A DNA stretch of 64,000 nucleotides from Candidatus Krumholzibacteriia bacterium (GTDB lineage: Bacteria; Krumholzibacteriota; Krumholzibacteriia; JAJRXK01), in the NCBI GenBank assembly GCA_041484665.1, contig JBGPIA010000010.1:32001-96000 (forward strand), in the 5' to 3' direction. Position 1 is the stretch's first letter; every line of letters begins with the position of its first letter. Of this stretch, positions 9,883 through 19,360 are shown one piece after another. The notes under the pieces were generated by a model. That model saw only the letters and a program-made list of their open reading frames with translations, made no database searches and was not told the DNA's origin. The position numbers and the translations under genes are program-made.

Positions 9883-10109
9883 CCGCAGCCGCCGCCTGCG
9901 ACATCCTGGCCGCCGGTCGAGCCTTCCTTGCTGAAATAGATGTGCTGGTCCACGGCGTACTCCATGGGCGATGGAATGAAGCGCATCGTCTTCTCGGCCA
10001 GCAGGTCCCTGTCCCAGGGGTGTACGGCCGTTGCGGCGCAGCCGCTGGCCAGAGCAGGCAGGACGATGAAGAGCACGGCGTGAACGAGCCGTCTCGCCCG
10101 TGGCGTCAT
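9873..10109 (-). CDS. DUF4266-family small lipoprotein
   Basis: Lipobox ASGC, VHPWDRDLLA and C-terminal SKEGSTGG...GGGCGCN. ATGA overlap with the upstream gene. Confidence 0.9.
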   Translation of the reverse strand: MTPRARRLVHAVLFIVLPALASGCAATAVHPWDRDLLAEKTMRFIPSPMEYAVDQHIYFSKEGSTGGQDVAGGGCGCN

Positions 10110-10699
10110 CGGGGACATGCCTCCTTGATCAGGGTCTCGATCGCATCGGTCCTCTTGGGATCGAAGCCGGCGTGGGAATAGAGGATCGCGCCTGCAGGGC
10201 TGATGATGTAGCTCGACGGCATGGCCGCTACCTTGAATGCCTCCGCTGTCTTGCCGGAGGGATCGAACGCAATGCAGAACGGAGCGGGATGCTTCTGCAA
10301 GAATGCGTCCGCCGCAGCTCGATCCTTGTCGAGATTGATCGCGACGACCGCCAGTCCTTTCGCGGCGTAGCGTTCTTGCAACGCGCACAGCCACGGGAAT
10401 GACCGCTGGCAGGGCTCGCACCAGGAGGCCCAGAAGTCCACGAGCACGACCTTTCCCCGCAGGGAATCCAGCGATACCGTGCCGCGGCGTGCGGGGAGGT
10501 TGAAGCTGGGGGCGGGCCGAAAGCCCGCAGCACTCCCGGGCGCCGCCGTCGCGAGCGCCGGGAGCACCAGAGCAAGCAGCAGGGCGATCAGCGCCTGGGG
10601 CCGGGCGGATTGCCGGAATGGGTGGGCTGGCGCCTTGGAGCGCTGCGCAGGGACTGGGTGACAGTCCGTGGAGAGACGGAAATCGGCCACCAGACGCAA
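10106..10699 (-). CDS. TlpA-family thiol-disulfide oxidoreductase
   Basis: GKVVLVDFWASWCEPC and MPSSY motifs. Start uncertain. Confidence 0.92.
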   Translation of the reverse strand: MRLVADFRLSTDCHPVPAQRSKAPAHPFRQSARPQALIALLLALVLPALATAAPGSAAGFRPAPSFNLPARRGTVSLDSLRGKVVLVDFWASWCEPCQRSFPWLCALQERYAAKGLAVVAINLDKDRAAADAFLQKHPAPFCIAFDPSGKTAEAFKVAAMPSSYIISPAGAILYSHAGFDPKRTDAIETLIKEACPR

Positions 10700-11010
10700 G
10701 ACTCTGCCGCCCGTCGATCACGAGGCTGAGATTGCCGTCAGGGGCCAGATCACGAGGCAATCGCGGGTGCTGGGGGCTCCCCTGGGGAGTCGCGGGAGCG
10801 CTGGCCGTGCGGACGTCGCCGCCGCGGCATCCCTCGCGCCCCGATCGCCCTTCGTATCGTCCTCTCGTACACCGTGCAAGGCGTCCGGTTCCACTCCAGC
10901 CCGGAGCCTGCCGCGTGGGATGGCAAAGGGCGCGGGGGCGGGCTGAAGGGAGCGGTCTGGGAGGAGCGGGCGCGCAGCACGAGGTGTGGCCGGTCGCCCG
11001 CGCCGCGCGG

Positions 11011-11019
11011 TGGTATACT
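11011..11019 (+). promoter_or_regulatory. Extended -10 element upstream of the sulfatase-like gene
   Basis: TGG-TATACT about 75 nt before ATG 11093. Confidence 0.45.
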
Positions 11020-11092
11020 CACGTTCTTTGGGAGCGAGCCTCGTGGAAGCCAGCCTCGCACGCAGCCAGCCTCGCAAGCACGCAACGACGCG

Positions 11093-13024
11093 ATGAAGCC
11101 GCCCGCTCTCCTGATGGCCCTGCGCGTGGCCGTCCGCGACGGCCTGGTGGGAGGCTTGCTGATGGGCGCCGTCCACACCGGCCTGCTGGCCGTCGCCGGG
11201 CTCTACGCGACCGCTGGCCCAAGTCGGATCCTCGCCTCTCTGCTGCGTTGGATGGGTCTCTTGGGCCTGCTGGGCGGGTTGGCGGCGGCTGCCGGGCTCG
11301 TGCTGCGCGGACTGTTGCCCAGGCTCGACGCCCCGCAACGCCGCGAGCGACGACAGCTGGGGCTCATCCCCGCTGCCCTGTACTTGGGGGCATGGGCGGT
11401 CGTGTTGGGGCACGGCGCGCTCCCGCCTGGGGCGGACGGTCGGGAAGCGTTGATAGCCGCGGCCGCGGCTACGGGGCTGGCCGCGCTGGGCTCGCTGCTG
11501 TTGGCCGCTGGGCTCCTCCCACTGCCGCGTCCGCCGTGGCCACCCACGCCGCAGCTGCACGAGGGCGAGCGCTCGGGCGCGGGCGGCATCGCCACACTGC
11601 TGTGGACGGTCCTCGCCGTGCTTTTCGTGGTCGCGCCTGGCTTGCTGCCCGCTCCCAGGCCGGCGATCGGCGACCACGAGCTGCAGAGGCCATCGTCGCC
11701 CGCCCTGGAGGCCGCAGCCGAAGAAGCTTTCGCAGGCCCCAGGCGCAATCTGCTCCTGATCACCGTGGACACCCTGCGTGCCGACCACCTTGGCTGCTAC
11801 GGTTATCAACGCGACACCAGCCCAGCCATCGACGGTCTGGCGAGGCGGGGCGTGCGGATGGACCAGGCGATCTGCCCGCGCCCCACCACCAGCCCGAGCT
11901 TCGCCACGTTCTTCACGGGGGCTTACCCGATGCGGCACGGTGTCAATTTCACTCAGCAGGTGCTGGCTCCCGAAAACTTGACACTGGCGGAGATCCTCAA
12001 GGACGCTGGCTACGCCACCGCGGCGGTCATCACCAACCCCAATCTCTTCCCGGCGTTCGGTTTCGACCAGGGCTTCACGACCTACGTGCATGGCCACACC
12101 CGGGCGGGCGAAGGCCGCCAGCGCGCTCTCGACTGGCTGGAGAACGACAGGCCCGACGATCGTCCGTGGTTCTTCTGGTTCCACAGCACCGATCCGCACT
12201 ATCCGTACAATCCGCTCCCGCCCTACAACGCCATGTTCTCCCAGTCCGACACCACCGGGTCGGTCCAGCGCCAGATCGAGCTCTACGATGGGGAGATCCG
12301 CTATACGGACGATGAGCTAGCGCAGGTTCTGCAGTACTTCTACGATCGGCCGGCGCTGTGGGCCAACACCCTCACCGTCTTCGCCGCGGACCACGGCGAG
12401 AGCCTCGACGAGCACGATTACTACTTCCAGCACGGCGAGCTGCCCTACGAGCAGACGGCCCGCATTCCGCTCCTCTTCGTGGCACCGGGTGTTCTGCCTG
12501 CGGGTGCGGTTTCCCCTGCGCTGGTCACGGGCGCCGATCTCTTGCCCACGTTGCTCTCGGCTCTCCAGGTTTCGATTCCCGGGGGAATCCACGGAGTCAG
12601 CTGTCTGCCCGTGCTGCTGGGGCTCGACGATCGCGGGCCGCACGATTTCGTCTTCCTCGAAGCCGGATTCGGCGAGCATATCCGGCTCGGGCGCACGCGG
12701 TCGCTGCGCCGGGTCGACACCAAGTACGTGCAGCGTCTCACCCGCTGGGCGCAGTTGCCCGACTCGCCGTCGAGTCTGCCGTGGTCGATCAACGCTTGGC
12801 TCGAGGGAGGGCTGCAGCCGGACGAGTTCTACGATCTCACCACCGATCCGCAGGAGGCGGTGAACCTGCTGGGGCGGGACCCGGCGCGCGACGCCCGGGA
12901 GCGGGCCTTGCTCGAAGCCTTCCAGCGGCGGCTGGCCGCGTCCGGGCAGATCCGCGCGGGACAGAAGGCCGAGCTGGATCCGGCGACCTTGGAGTCGCTG
13001 AGGAGCCTCGGCTACATCCAGTAG
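11093..13024 (+). CDS. Membrane-anchored sulfatase-like hydrolase/transferase (alkaline phosphatase superfamily)
   Basis: N-terminal TM helices; LLITVDTLRADHL, PTTSPSFATFFTG, DPHYPY, YDGEI, ADHGE and LRSLGYI motifs. Confidence 0.88.
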   Translation: MKPPALLMALRVAVRDGLVGGLLMGAVHTGLLAVAGLYATAGPSRILASLLRWMGLLGLLGGLAAAAGLVLRGLLPRLDAPQRRERRQLGLIPAALYLGAWAVVLGHGALPPGADGREALIAAAAATGLAALGSLLLAAGLLPLPRPPWPPTPQLHEGERSGAGGIATLLWTVLAVLFVVAPGLLPAPRPAIGDHELQRPSSPALEAAAEEAFAGPRRNLLLITVDTLRADHLGCYGYQRDTSPAIDGLARRGVRMDQAICPRPTTSPSFATFFTGAYPMRHGVNFTQQVLAPENLTLAEILKDAGYATAAVITNPNLFPAFGFDQGFTTYVHGHTRAGEGRQRALDWLENDRPDDRPWFFWFHSTDPHYPYNPLPPYNAMFSQSDTTGSVQRQIELYDGEIRYTDDELAQVLQYFYDRPALWANTLTVFAADHGESLDEHDYYFQHGELPYEQTARIPLLFVAPGVLPAGAVSPALVTGADLLPTLLSALQVSIPGGIHGVSCLPVLLGLDDRGPHDFVFLEAGFGEHIRLGRTRSLRRVDTKYVQRLTRWAQLPDSPSSLPWSINAWLEGGLQPDEFYDLTTDPQEAVNLLGRDPARDARERALLEAFQRRLAASGQIRAGQKAELDPATLESLRSLGYIQ

Positions 13025-13079
13025 CGTCGACCCCTGCCGGCAGCAGCAACCGTTCCTGCGGGCGCGCGCGTCCGGGAAC

Positions 13080-13388
13080 TCAAGCCGCGGAACCGCCGCT
13101 CCCCGCGATCCGGTCGATCGCCCGCGCCAGATCGACATCCTTGCGGGTGATCCCGCCGGCGTCGTGGGTCATGAGGTCGATGGTGACTTTGCTGTAACCA
13201 TTCGACCAGTCGGGGTGGTGATCCATGCGCTCGGCGACCAGCGCGACGCGCGTCATGAAGGCGAACGCCTCGCTGAAGTCCGCGAAGCGCAGCTCGCGAT
13301 GGAGCTTGCCGTCCTTGAGGCGCCAATGGGTGAGCGTTCCGAGGATGTCGTCGATCTGATCTTCGTTGAGTCTCACGGCCTTTTCCAT
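13080..13388 (-). CDS. phhB: Pterin-4a-carbinolamine dehydratase
   Basis: AERMDHHPDW...LMTHDAGGITRKD motif. Confidence 0.92.
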   Translation of the reverse strand: MEKAVRLNEDQIDDILGTLTHWRLKDGKLHRELRFADFSEAFAFMTRVALVAERMDHHPDWSNGYSKVTIDLMTHDAGGITRKDVDLARAIDRIAGSGGSAA

Positions 13389-14017
13389 GGGTCCTGATCC
13401 TTTCCGCCCTGGCTCGCGCCCGGCGGCTGTTGCGTCCACTGCGGTTGCGGGACCTTGCGCCCGTCTTGCTGCTGCGCCTGTCGCATCGCGACCATCCCCT
13501 GCAGGACCGACTCTTTCCTCAGGATGGAGCCGATCTGGGGGTCGTAGACTTCCCAGGCGAGCCACTCCGCGGCCATGAACACCAGCGCGAACACCTGGGC
13601 GCCCTGGCGCAGGGCCCACGGGCGCGGGATCGCGATCTGCACCTCGCGCGAGAGCACTTCCAGGGTCATCACGCCGTCGGCGTCGCGCGCGCCGAACTCG
13701 AATCGGCCCGGGGAGACCTCGGCAATCCCCGGAACCCGCAGCAGGCGAGCCCTCACTCCGGCGCTATCAGCCGACGCGGGTCGCGCGGGAGCCCCGTGCT
13801 CGGCGCGGGGCGCCTGCGCGGTCGGCGCGGCCTCCGGCGGTGCCGGTTGGCCTGCCAACCCCGCTTGCTCTGTGATCCCCGGCTGGATGACCAGCCGGTA
13901 CGGACCCGCCGGAGGCTGCGGTGTGGCCGCCGGGTCGGCGGGCGGCTGTGCAGCGCCCGTGGAATCGGCCGGCGGGTGCGGCGCACCTGCTGCTTCGCGC
14001 GGCGTGTCGGCGCTCAC
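13373..14017 (-). CDS. Hypothetical protein with Pro/Ala-rich N-terminus
   Basis: GTGA overlap with the upstream stop and overlap with the downstream start. Globular-looking C-half (WEVYDPQIG). Confidence 0.6.
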   Translation of the reverse strand: MSADTPREAAGAPHPPADSTGAAQPPADPAATPQPPAGPYRLVIQPGITEQAGLAGQPAPPEAAPTAQAPRAEHGAPARPASADSAGVRARLLRVPGIAEVSPGRFEFGARDADGVMTLEVLSREVQIAIPRPWALRQGAQVFALVFMAAEWLAWEVYDPQIGSILRKESVLQGMVAMRQAQQQDGRKVPQPQWTQQPPGASQGGKDQDPWKRP

Positions 14018-16014
14018 TTCAAGATCACCAGTTTCCCGCGCTGGCGCTCCCCCGTGCGCAGGTCCTCGACCACAAACACGTACAAGCCGGGCGCGATGGC
14101 CCGCGTGTGCTCGCTGAGCATGTCCCAGGCGACCTGCCCGGTGCTGGTCTCGTGGCGCTCGAGCTGGTCGATGAGCGTGCCGCTCAGGTTGAACACTTCG
14201 ATGCGCGCATCAGCCGGCACGTTCGTGAAGTACACGGTGCGGCCCAGCTCGGCCGGCTCGCCGCCGGGCAGCCGGCGATCGAAGAGGCCCGCCGCCCGGT
14301 ACGGATTGGGATAGACGCCGACGGGCGGCGATTGCGGCGTTCCGCCCGGTGCCGAACCAGGGGTGATCTTCAGCGAGTTCTCATTGAACCCGCTCTCCAG
14401 CTCGGGCAGCCCCAGCTGCGGATTGCGCGAGGCGTAGCTGGTCACGGCGTAGTAGTAGGGAAAGCCGTTGAGCACGTCGGTGTCCACGTACTCGCGCTCG
14501 CCGCCGGCGTTGAGCGGCGGCATGCCGACGTTGAATCCCACGCTGTCCACCACGTCGAACTGGGCGAGCAGGGAGGCCTGTTCGCGCGGATCGCCCGAGA
14601 TCGAGGCGGCCTGCAGCCGGTAGATGCGGTAGCCCTGGAAGTCATGGTCGAGCGTGAACTGATTGCGGTGGTACTCCGGCGACGCGAGCACCGGGTCGTA
14701 GCTCTCGGGCGGCGTGTCCACGCCCGGCTTCCAGCGCAGGATTACGGCGTTGTCCGCCGTGGAGACGCCCAGGAGCGGGCTGGGCGGTCCCGACGCCAGC
14801 TTGAAGCCCTGGTTGAAGGTCGTTTGCGCCACCTGGCTGTTCTGGAGCATCAGCAGACTGTCCAGCCCGCAGACGACGGCCACCGTGAAACTCGCCGTGT
14901 CGCCCGGGTCGAAGCGGTGCCAGGGGCCGAAGCCCATCATCTGGATCCAGTTGCGCGGCACGGTGAAGTCGATGATCTGCCCTTGCGGCCCTTCCTTCTG
15001 CCCCACGTCGATGGCGCCCGACGCCATGAACGCGTACTTGTCCGGGTCGAACTGCGGATACTGAGTACGGTAGGGCCACTGCCGGTAGCTGAAGATACTG
15101 TAGGGCTCGTTGGTGCCCAACAGGCGCACGCCGACCCACGAGGGTGCCAACCCGCGCTCCCCGTCGTCGTCGCGGGCGTACATCAGGTGGATGTCCGGAT
15201 CCCCGGAGATCGTGGCAGGGCCGATGAAGCTCTTGTAGTCGTCTTGGAACGTCCAGGGGCTGGAGTCGCTGCCCGGGATCGTGATCGTCGTGTTGCCCAC
15301 GGTCAGCTCGGAGTACCAGGCCATGAACAGGTCGGTGATCTCACGACCGCTGATGTTCACCACGTCGAACTTCAGGATCACGAAATCGTCGGCGTAGCCG
15401 GGGGCATAGGCCAGGGCGTTGACGTTGACCTCCACTCCCAAGGGGACGTGGGGATTCAGCGGATCGTCCCCCGGGGTGGGCGCATCGTAGTCGTCGAAGC
15501 GGATGATGAACTGCTGGTCGGCCAGCGCGTCGAGAGCGAACTGTGGGCTGAGGGGATTGCTGCTGATCAGCTGCATCGTGTCCTGCGGCCGCGGCCCGAA
15601 CTCCTGGTGGGGCGCGTTCGAGCCCGAGGGGGTATCCTCGGCTCCGGCCGACACGAGGGTGCGCCCCTCGCTGTCGATGCCGCCGACCCACAGCCCGCCC
15701 ACGAACATGTGCTCGACGTGGCTGTGCAGGGGATACTCGCACGACGGCCACGTCGAAGAAGGATTCAACAGGTTGCCGAAGTAGCCCAGGTTGGTGAGCG
15801 CCAGCCCGATGTTCCCGACGGAGGTGTAGCGGCTGGTGACCACGGTCTGCGGCCGCGCGGCGGGTGGGGGCTGTGCGCGCCGCGGTTTTCCCGGGTCGGG
15901 GGGGCCGCCGATCGCCGGCGAGCTCGTGACCAGCGCGGCGCAGAGCCATCCCGCCCAGGCAGGGCCGCGGATCGAGGCGCGCAGGATGAGTCGGCAAGCA
16001 GGAAGCAGCTGCAC
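14014..16014 (-). CDS. Large secreted protein with FN3-like and C-terminal FlgD/T9SS-like domain
   Basis: VGNIGLALTNLGYFG, SCEYP..LWVGG and FQGYRIYR; C-terminus VYPNPY..IEVFNLSG..WDM..GLYVFVV..GKLVILK. Start uncertain. Confidence 0.8.
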   Translation of the reverse strand: MQLLPACRLILRASIRGPAWAGWLCAALVTSSPAIGGPPDPGKPRRAQPPPAARPQTVVTSRYTSVGNIGLALTNLGYFGNLLNPSSTWPSCEYPLHSHVEHMFVGGLWVGGIDSEGRTLVSAGAEDTPSGSNAPHQEFGPRPQDTMQLISSNPLSPQFALDALADQQFIIRFDDYDAPTPGDDPLNPHVPLGVEVNVNALAYAPGYADDFVILKFDVVNISGREITDLFMAWYSELTVGNTTITIPGSDSSPWTFQDDYKSFIGPATISGDPDIHLMYARDDDGERGLAPSWVGVRLLGTNEPYSIFSYRQWPYRTQYPQFDPDKYAFMASGAIDVGQKEGPQGQIIDFTVPRNWIQMMGFGPWHRFDPGDTASFTVAVVCGLDSLLMLQNSQVAQTTFNQGFKLASGPPSPLLGVSTADNAVILRWKPGVDTPPESYDPVLASPEYHRNQFTLDHDFQGYRIYRLQAASISGDPREQASLLAQFDVVDSVGFNVGMPPLNAGGEREYVDTDVLNGFPYYYAVTSYASRNPQLGLPELESGFNENSLKITPGSAPGGTPQSPPVGVYPNPYRAAGLFDRRLPGGEPAELGRTVYFTNVPADARIEVFNLSGTLIDQLERHETSTGQVAWDMLSEHTRAIAPGLYVFVVEDLRTGERQRGKLVILK

Positions 16015-16243
16015 GGGAGTTTCCACGATCAGGAAGGAGCGCACTGCTCCAAGTGAGGGTGGCGCAAGAGTACTCAGTACGCAAGAGCGGGTCAACTGCA
16101 CGGGGCCGTCGCGCCGGGTTCTGGCCAAGGCAGCATCCGCCGAGGCAACCTGCGGTTGCGACGCCACCGGAAGCCGGCGAGTATGACAGCGCGAGCGGCC
16201 CGCCGGGCCGTTTCCCAACGGACGTCCTACCCCGGTCACCGCC

Positions 16244-17641
16244 TTGAGCGAGGCGACCTTGCGAGTCTCCATCCCACATCCCACCGCCAGGGCGGCCGCG
16301 GGGCATCGGGCCCTGACCCGCTCGATCGCCTGGCTCGTCGCGGTCGCCGCGAGCTCGTGGATGGCGCCGCTGGCAGCCTGCAGGGACCACTCCGCTGCTT
16401 CGGCGCGGCCGGCCTCGGTCCAGCCCGGTTCCAGGCAGCCCGCGTCCACCCGGCCGGGCTCGACTCAGCCCGCTTCCACTCAGCCGGGCTCCACTCAGCC
16501 CGCCCCCGCGCCGTCGGTTGCTACGGAGACCGCCACTCGCGCAAGCGTGCTGCTCGACCTGATCGCGGGGCGCGCCTTCGTCGCCACGCAGGCGGGCCTG
16601 GACAGCGTGGCGCTGACAGCGCCGGACCTGCCGCGACGCCTGGCGGAATTCCGCGCCGCCTTGGCGGCGGACCAACAGACGCCCTGGTCGCCTTCGACCG
16701 CGCAGCAGGCGCGCGCGCTCGGGCGCGACCTGCTCGGGCCGCTCGCGCCTGCGTTGCAGGCGGCCACGGCGTGGGAGATCGCGCCGCTTCAGGCGGCGCC
16801 GCTGGGCGCGCTGATCCCTCCGTGGTCTGCGGCCGATGAGCCGGTACAGGCCGCGGTGACGGTGTGGTACCGACCCGCCAGCACGCGGCCCGCGGGCGCG
16901 CCAGGCGCTGCGGAGCGCAGCGCGTGCGTGCCATCGCCAGAGCAGCAGGCCAGCATGCCGCGCAACGAGGGCGTCCTGGCCATTGCGCCGTTCACGCCCG
17001 GCGCGCAGCCAGGCCGCGACGACCCCGACACACTCGTGTGGGCCATGCGCAAGGCGGCGCGCACCGTCGATCTCGTGCCGCGCAACGACAGCGGGCCCGA
17101 TGCGATCCAGGGCGCATTCGCCGAGCGCAAGTACGGGGTGACCTGGCTGCGGGCGGACCCGCAGGAGGCGCACGCGCTGCTGCCGGCGCTCGATCGCGGT
17201 CCACTCTTGCTGTGGTGGAGCCTGCCGGTCGCCTTGACCGCCGCCAAAGCCAGTGCCTCGGGTGGCGCGGGTGCGGGCACGCCGGAAGGCGCCCCGTTCG
17301 GCGGCGGCGTGCCGGTCACGCTGGCTCCCCCCAGTGCGCCCGCAGGGTGGGAGTTCGCCCGAGACTGGGCCGCTGGCGTCAAGGGACTGGCGATGGATCT
17401 CTGGCCGCGGCCGCACCAGGCCAGCAGCGCCGGCGCGACCGCGTTCCTCGAGGCATTGCAGCAAGGCTCCGGTGCGGCCGACGCGCTGCGCGCCGGGTGT
17501 GAGGCGCTGCGCCGCGCGGGCGCGCCCGCGGCGCAATGGGCCGGGTGGATCTACGTGGGGAACCCCGACCTCACCGCGCAGATCGACCGCCCCGGCTGGC
17601 TGCAACGAGCGATCCAGAGCAAGCCCGGCGCGCAGCGGTAA
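16244..17641 (+). CDS. Putative lipoprotein with degenerate CHAT-like domain and QP[G/A]ST repeats
   Basis: LAAC lipobox-like; C-terminal DLWP...ADALRAG...AQWAGWIYVGNP resembles the CHAT end. Start uncertain. Confidence 0.5.
   Translation: MSEATLRVSIPHPTARAAAGHRALTRSIAWLVAVAASSWMAPLAACRDHSAASARPASVQPGSRQPASTRPGSTQPASTQPGSTQPAPAPSVATETATRASVLLDLIAGRAFVATQAGLDSVALTAPDLPRRLAEFRAALAADQQTPWSPSTAQQARALGRDLLGPLAPALQAATAWEIAPLQAAPLGALIPPWSAADEPVQAAVTVWYRPASTRPAGAPGAAERSACVPSPEQQASMPRNEGVLAIAPFTPGAQPGRDDPDTLVWAMRKAARTVDLVPRNDSGPDAIQGAFAERKYGVTWLRADPQEAHALLPALDRGPLLLWWSLPVALTAAKASASGGAGAGTPEGAPFGGGVPVTLAPPSAPAGWEFARDWAAGVKGLAMDLWPRPHQASSAGATAFLEALQQGSGAADALRAGCEALRRAGAPAAQWAGWIYVGNPDLTAQIDRPGWLQRAIQSKPGAQR
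16406..16504 (+). repeat. 15-bp coding tandem repeat, about 6.5 copies (QPGST/QPAST)
   Basis: CAGCCCGCTTCCACT / CAGCCGGGCTCCACT and variants. Confidence 0.85.
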
Positions 17642-17690
17642 CGCGCTGCCGCCGTAGCGCGCGGCCTCAGCCCTTCCATCGCCCGGCCCG

Positions 17691-18113
17691 CTACGCTGGC
17701 CGCCGCTTCAACAGGTCGCGGATCTCCGTCAATAGCACGACGTCCGCCGGCGGGACGGCCGGGGCGGCCGGTGCCGCCTCCTGCTTCTTCTTGAGCTGGT
17801 TCATGGTGCGCACCAGCATGAAGATCGCGAGCGCCACGATGATGAAATCCAGCAGGGTGTTGAGAAATACGCCGTAGTTGATGGTCGGCGCCCCGGCTGC
17901 CTTGGCCGCCGTCAGGCTCGGGTAGCTCGTTCCCGACAAGTTCAGGAATAGGTTCGAGAAATCGACGTTGCCCAGCACCAGGCCCAGCGGCGGCATGATG
18001 ACGTCGCCGACCAGCGAAGTGATGATCTTGCCGAACGCGGCGCCGATGATGATGCCCACGGCCATGTCGACCACGTTCCCGCGCATGGCGAATTCGCGGA
18101 ATTCCTTCAGCAT
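17691..18113 (-). CDS. mscL: Large-conductance mechanosensitive channel
   Basis: [24 protein letters not shown]...[17 protein letters not shown]. Confidence 0.97.
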   Translation of the reverse strand: MLKEFREFAMRGNVVDMAVGIIIGAAFGKIITSLVGDVIMPPLGLVLGNVDFSNLFLNLSGTSYPSLTAAKAAGAPTINYGVFLNTLLDFIIVALAIFMLVRTMNQLKKKQEAAPAAPAVPPADVVLLTEIRDLLKRRPA

Positions 18114-18194
18114 GGGGGTCCCTCCCGTTCTATAGGGGTTGCGCCGGCTGCCCACGCAGCCCGCGCCGCTCGGCGCGCGGCTGCGAACCGTCGG

Positions 18195-19247
18195 TCACAG
18201 CAGCTTGTAGGTCAGGCTGAGGGCCAGCGTCTGCTTGAACTGACCGGCCTTGCGTACGCCGCCGTCCACTTCGGCGATCAACTGTGCTGCGGGCTGCGCG
18301 GTGTCGATCATGGTAGCGGCGTCGAACTTGTCGTAGATCCACTGCACGTAGAGATTGACGGAGAGGACCTTGGTGATCTGCGCCGTGAACGTGTTCTGGA
18401 AGTTCACGTCCGGGGTCTTCCAGAAATCCGCGACCCGCTCCCGCGCCGGATCGACGCCCAGGGCGATCTGGTCGAAATCCTTCAGCGCGCTCGACTTGCT
18501 GAAGAACACCGGCCAGAACACCAACAGTTTTCCCTGGTAGAGCACGCGCTTGCCCAGCATCGGTTGCGTGGAGGTCATCTGGTACTCGAAGCCACCGTCG
18601 TTGGTACTGAAGCTGCCGGTCTTGTCGCCGGTAGAATCCACGAATGTGCGCGCGAAGGTCTGGCGGAATCCGAAGCCAAGCCGGGTGATCAGCTCGCTGT
18701 CCTGCGTCTTGAGCAGCACGCGCGCCACGCCCGCGGTCTCGGTGAGCTTGACTGGATTGAAATGGAGCTTGCCACGTGCGTCGCTCTGGTCGACGAACTG
18801 CGAATCCAGCCGCAGCGACACGTACGGATCGACGAAGGTGCGCAGCGTGAAACGCTCGACGTTCTCGAACAGGATGAGGTCGGTCGTCTTGTCGGGGCTG
18901 CGCCAGCGACGGCGGCTCGGGTCGGCGGGGTCCGTCTCCTGCTGGCTGGTCTGCCCGTAGGCCAGCTGCAGCTGGTTGGAGGTGTTGAGCGCGCGGGAGA
19001 TCTGCCGGTCGGCCTTGGCGTTGGTCGTGAACACCCAGACGAACGAGCCCTTGTCACCGCCGGCCCAGTTGCTGCTGAAGCTGCTCTGCGACAGGTTGAG
19101 CCCCAGCGTGACCGTTGGCTGCCAGGGTCCCGGGGGCTGCGGGCCCTTGCTCTCCGCCGGTACCTGGTCTTGCGCCCATGCCATGCACGGCATCGCCGCG
19201 CACGCCAAGACAGCCAGGCCGAACTGCCCGATCCCTGCTCTGGACAT
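18195..19247 (-). CDS. DUF3078-like outer-membrane beta-barrel protein
   Basis: Signal peptide; GLNLSQSSFSSNWAGG, LAYGQ and QFKQTLALSLTYKLL. Confidence 0.75.
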   Translation of the reverse strand: MSRAGIGQFGLAVLACAAMPCMAWAQDQVPAESKGPQPPGPWQPTVTLGLNLSQSSFSSNWAGGDKGSFVWVFTTNAKADRQISRALNTSNQLQLAYGQTSQQETDPADPSRRRWRSPDKTTDLILFENVERFTLRTFVDPYVSLRLDSQFVDQSDARGKLHFNPVKLTETAGVARVLLKTQDSELITRLGFGFRQTFARTFVDSTGDKTGSFSTNDGGFEYQMTSTQPMLGKRVLYQGKLLVFWPVFFSKSSALKDFDQIALGVDPARERVADFWKTPDVNFQNTFTAQITKVLSVNLYVQWIYDKFDAATMIDTAQPAAQLIAEVDGGVRKAGQFKQTLALSLTYKLL

Positions 19248-19360
19248 CGTGCCTCCTGCCGTTGGAGACGGGCGTGGGAGGCACAGGGTAGCGCCCGGCC
19301 CCGGGGCGGCCAAGCGCTGAGTTCAGCAGGATCGGACTGCGCTCGCCCGACGGCGGAGGG

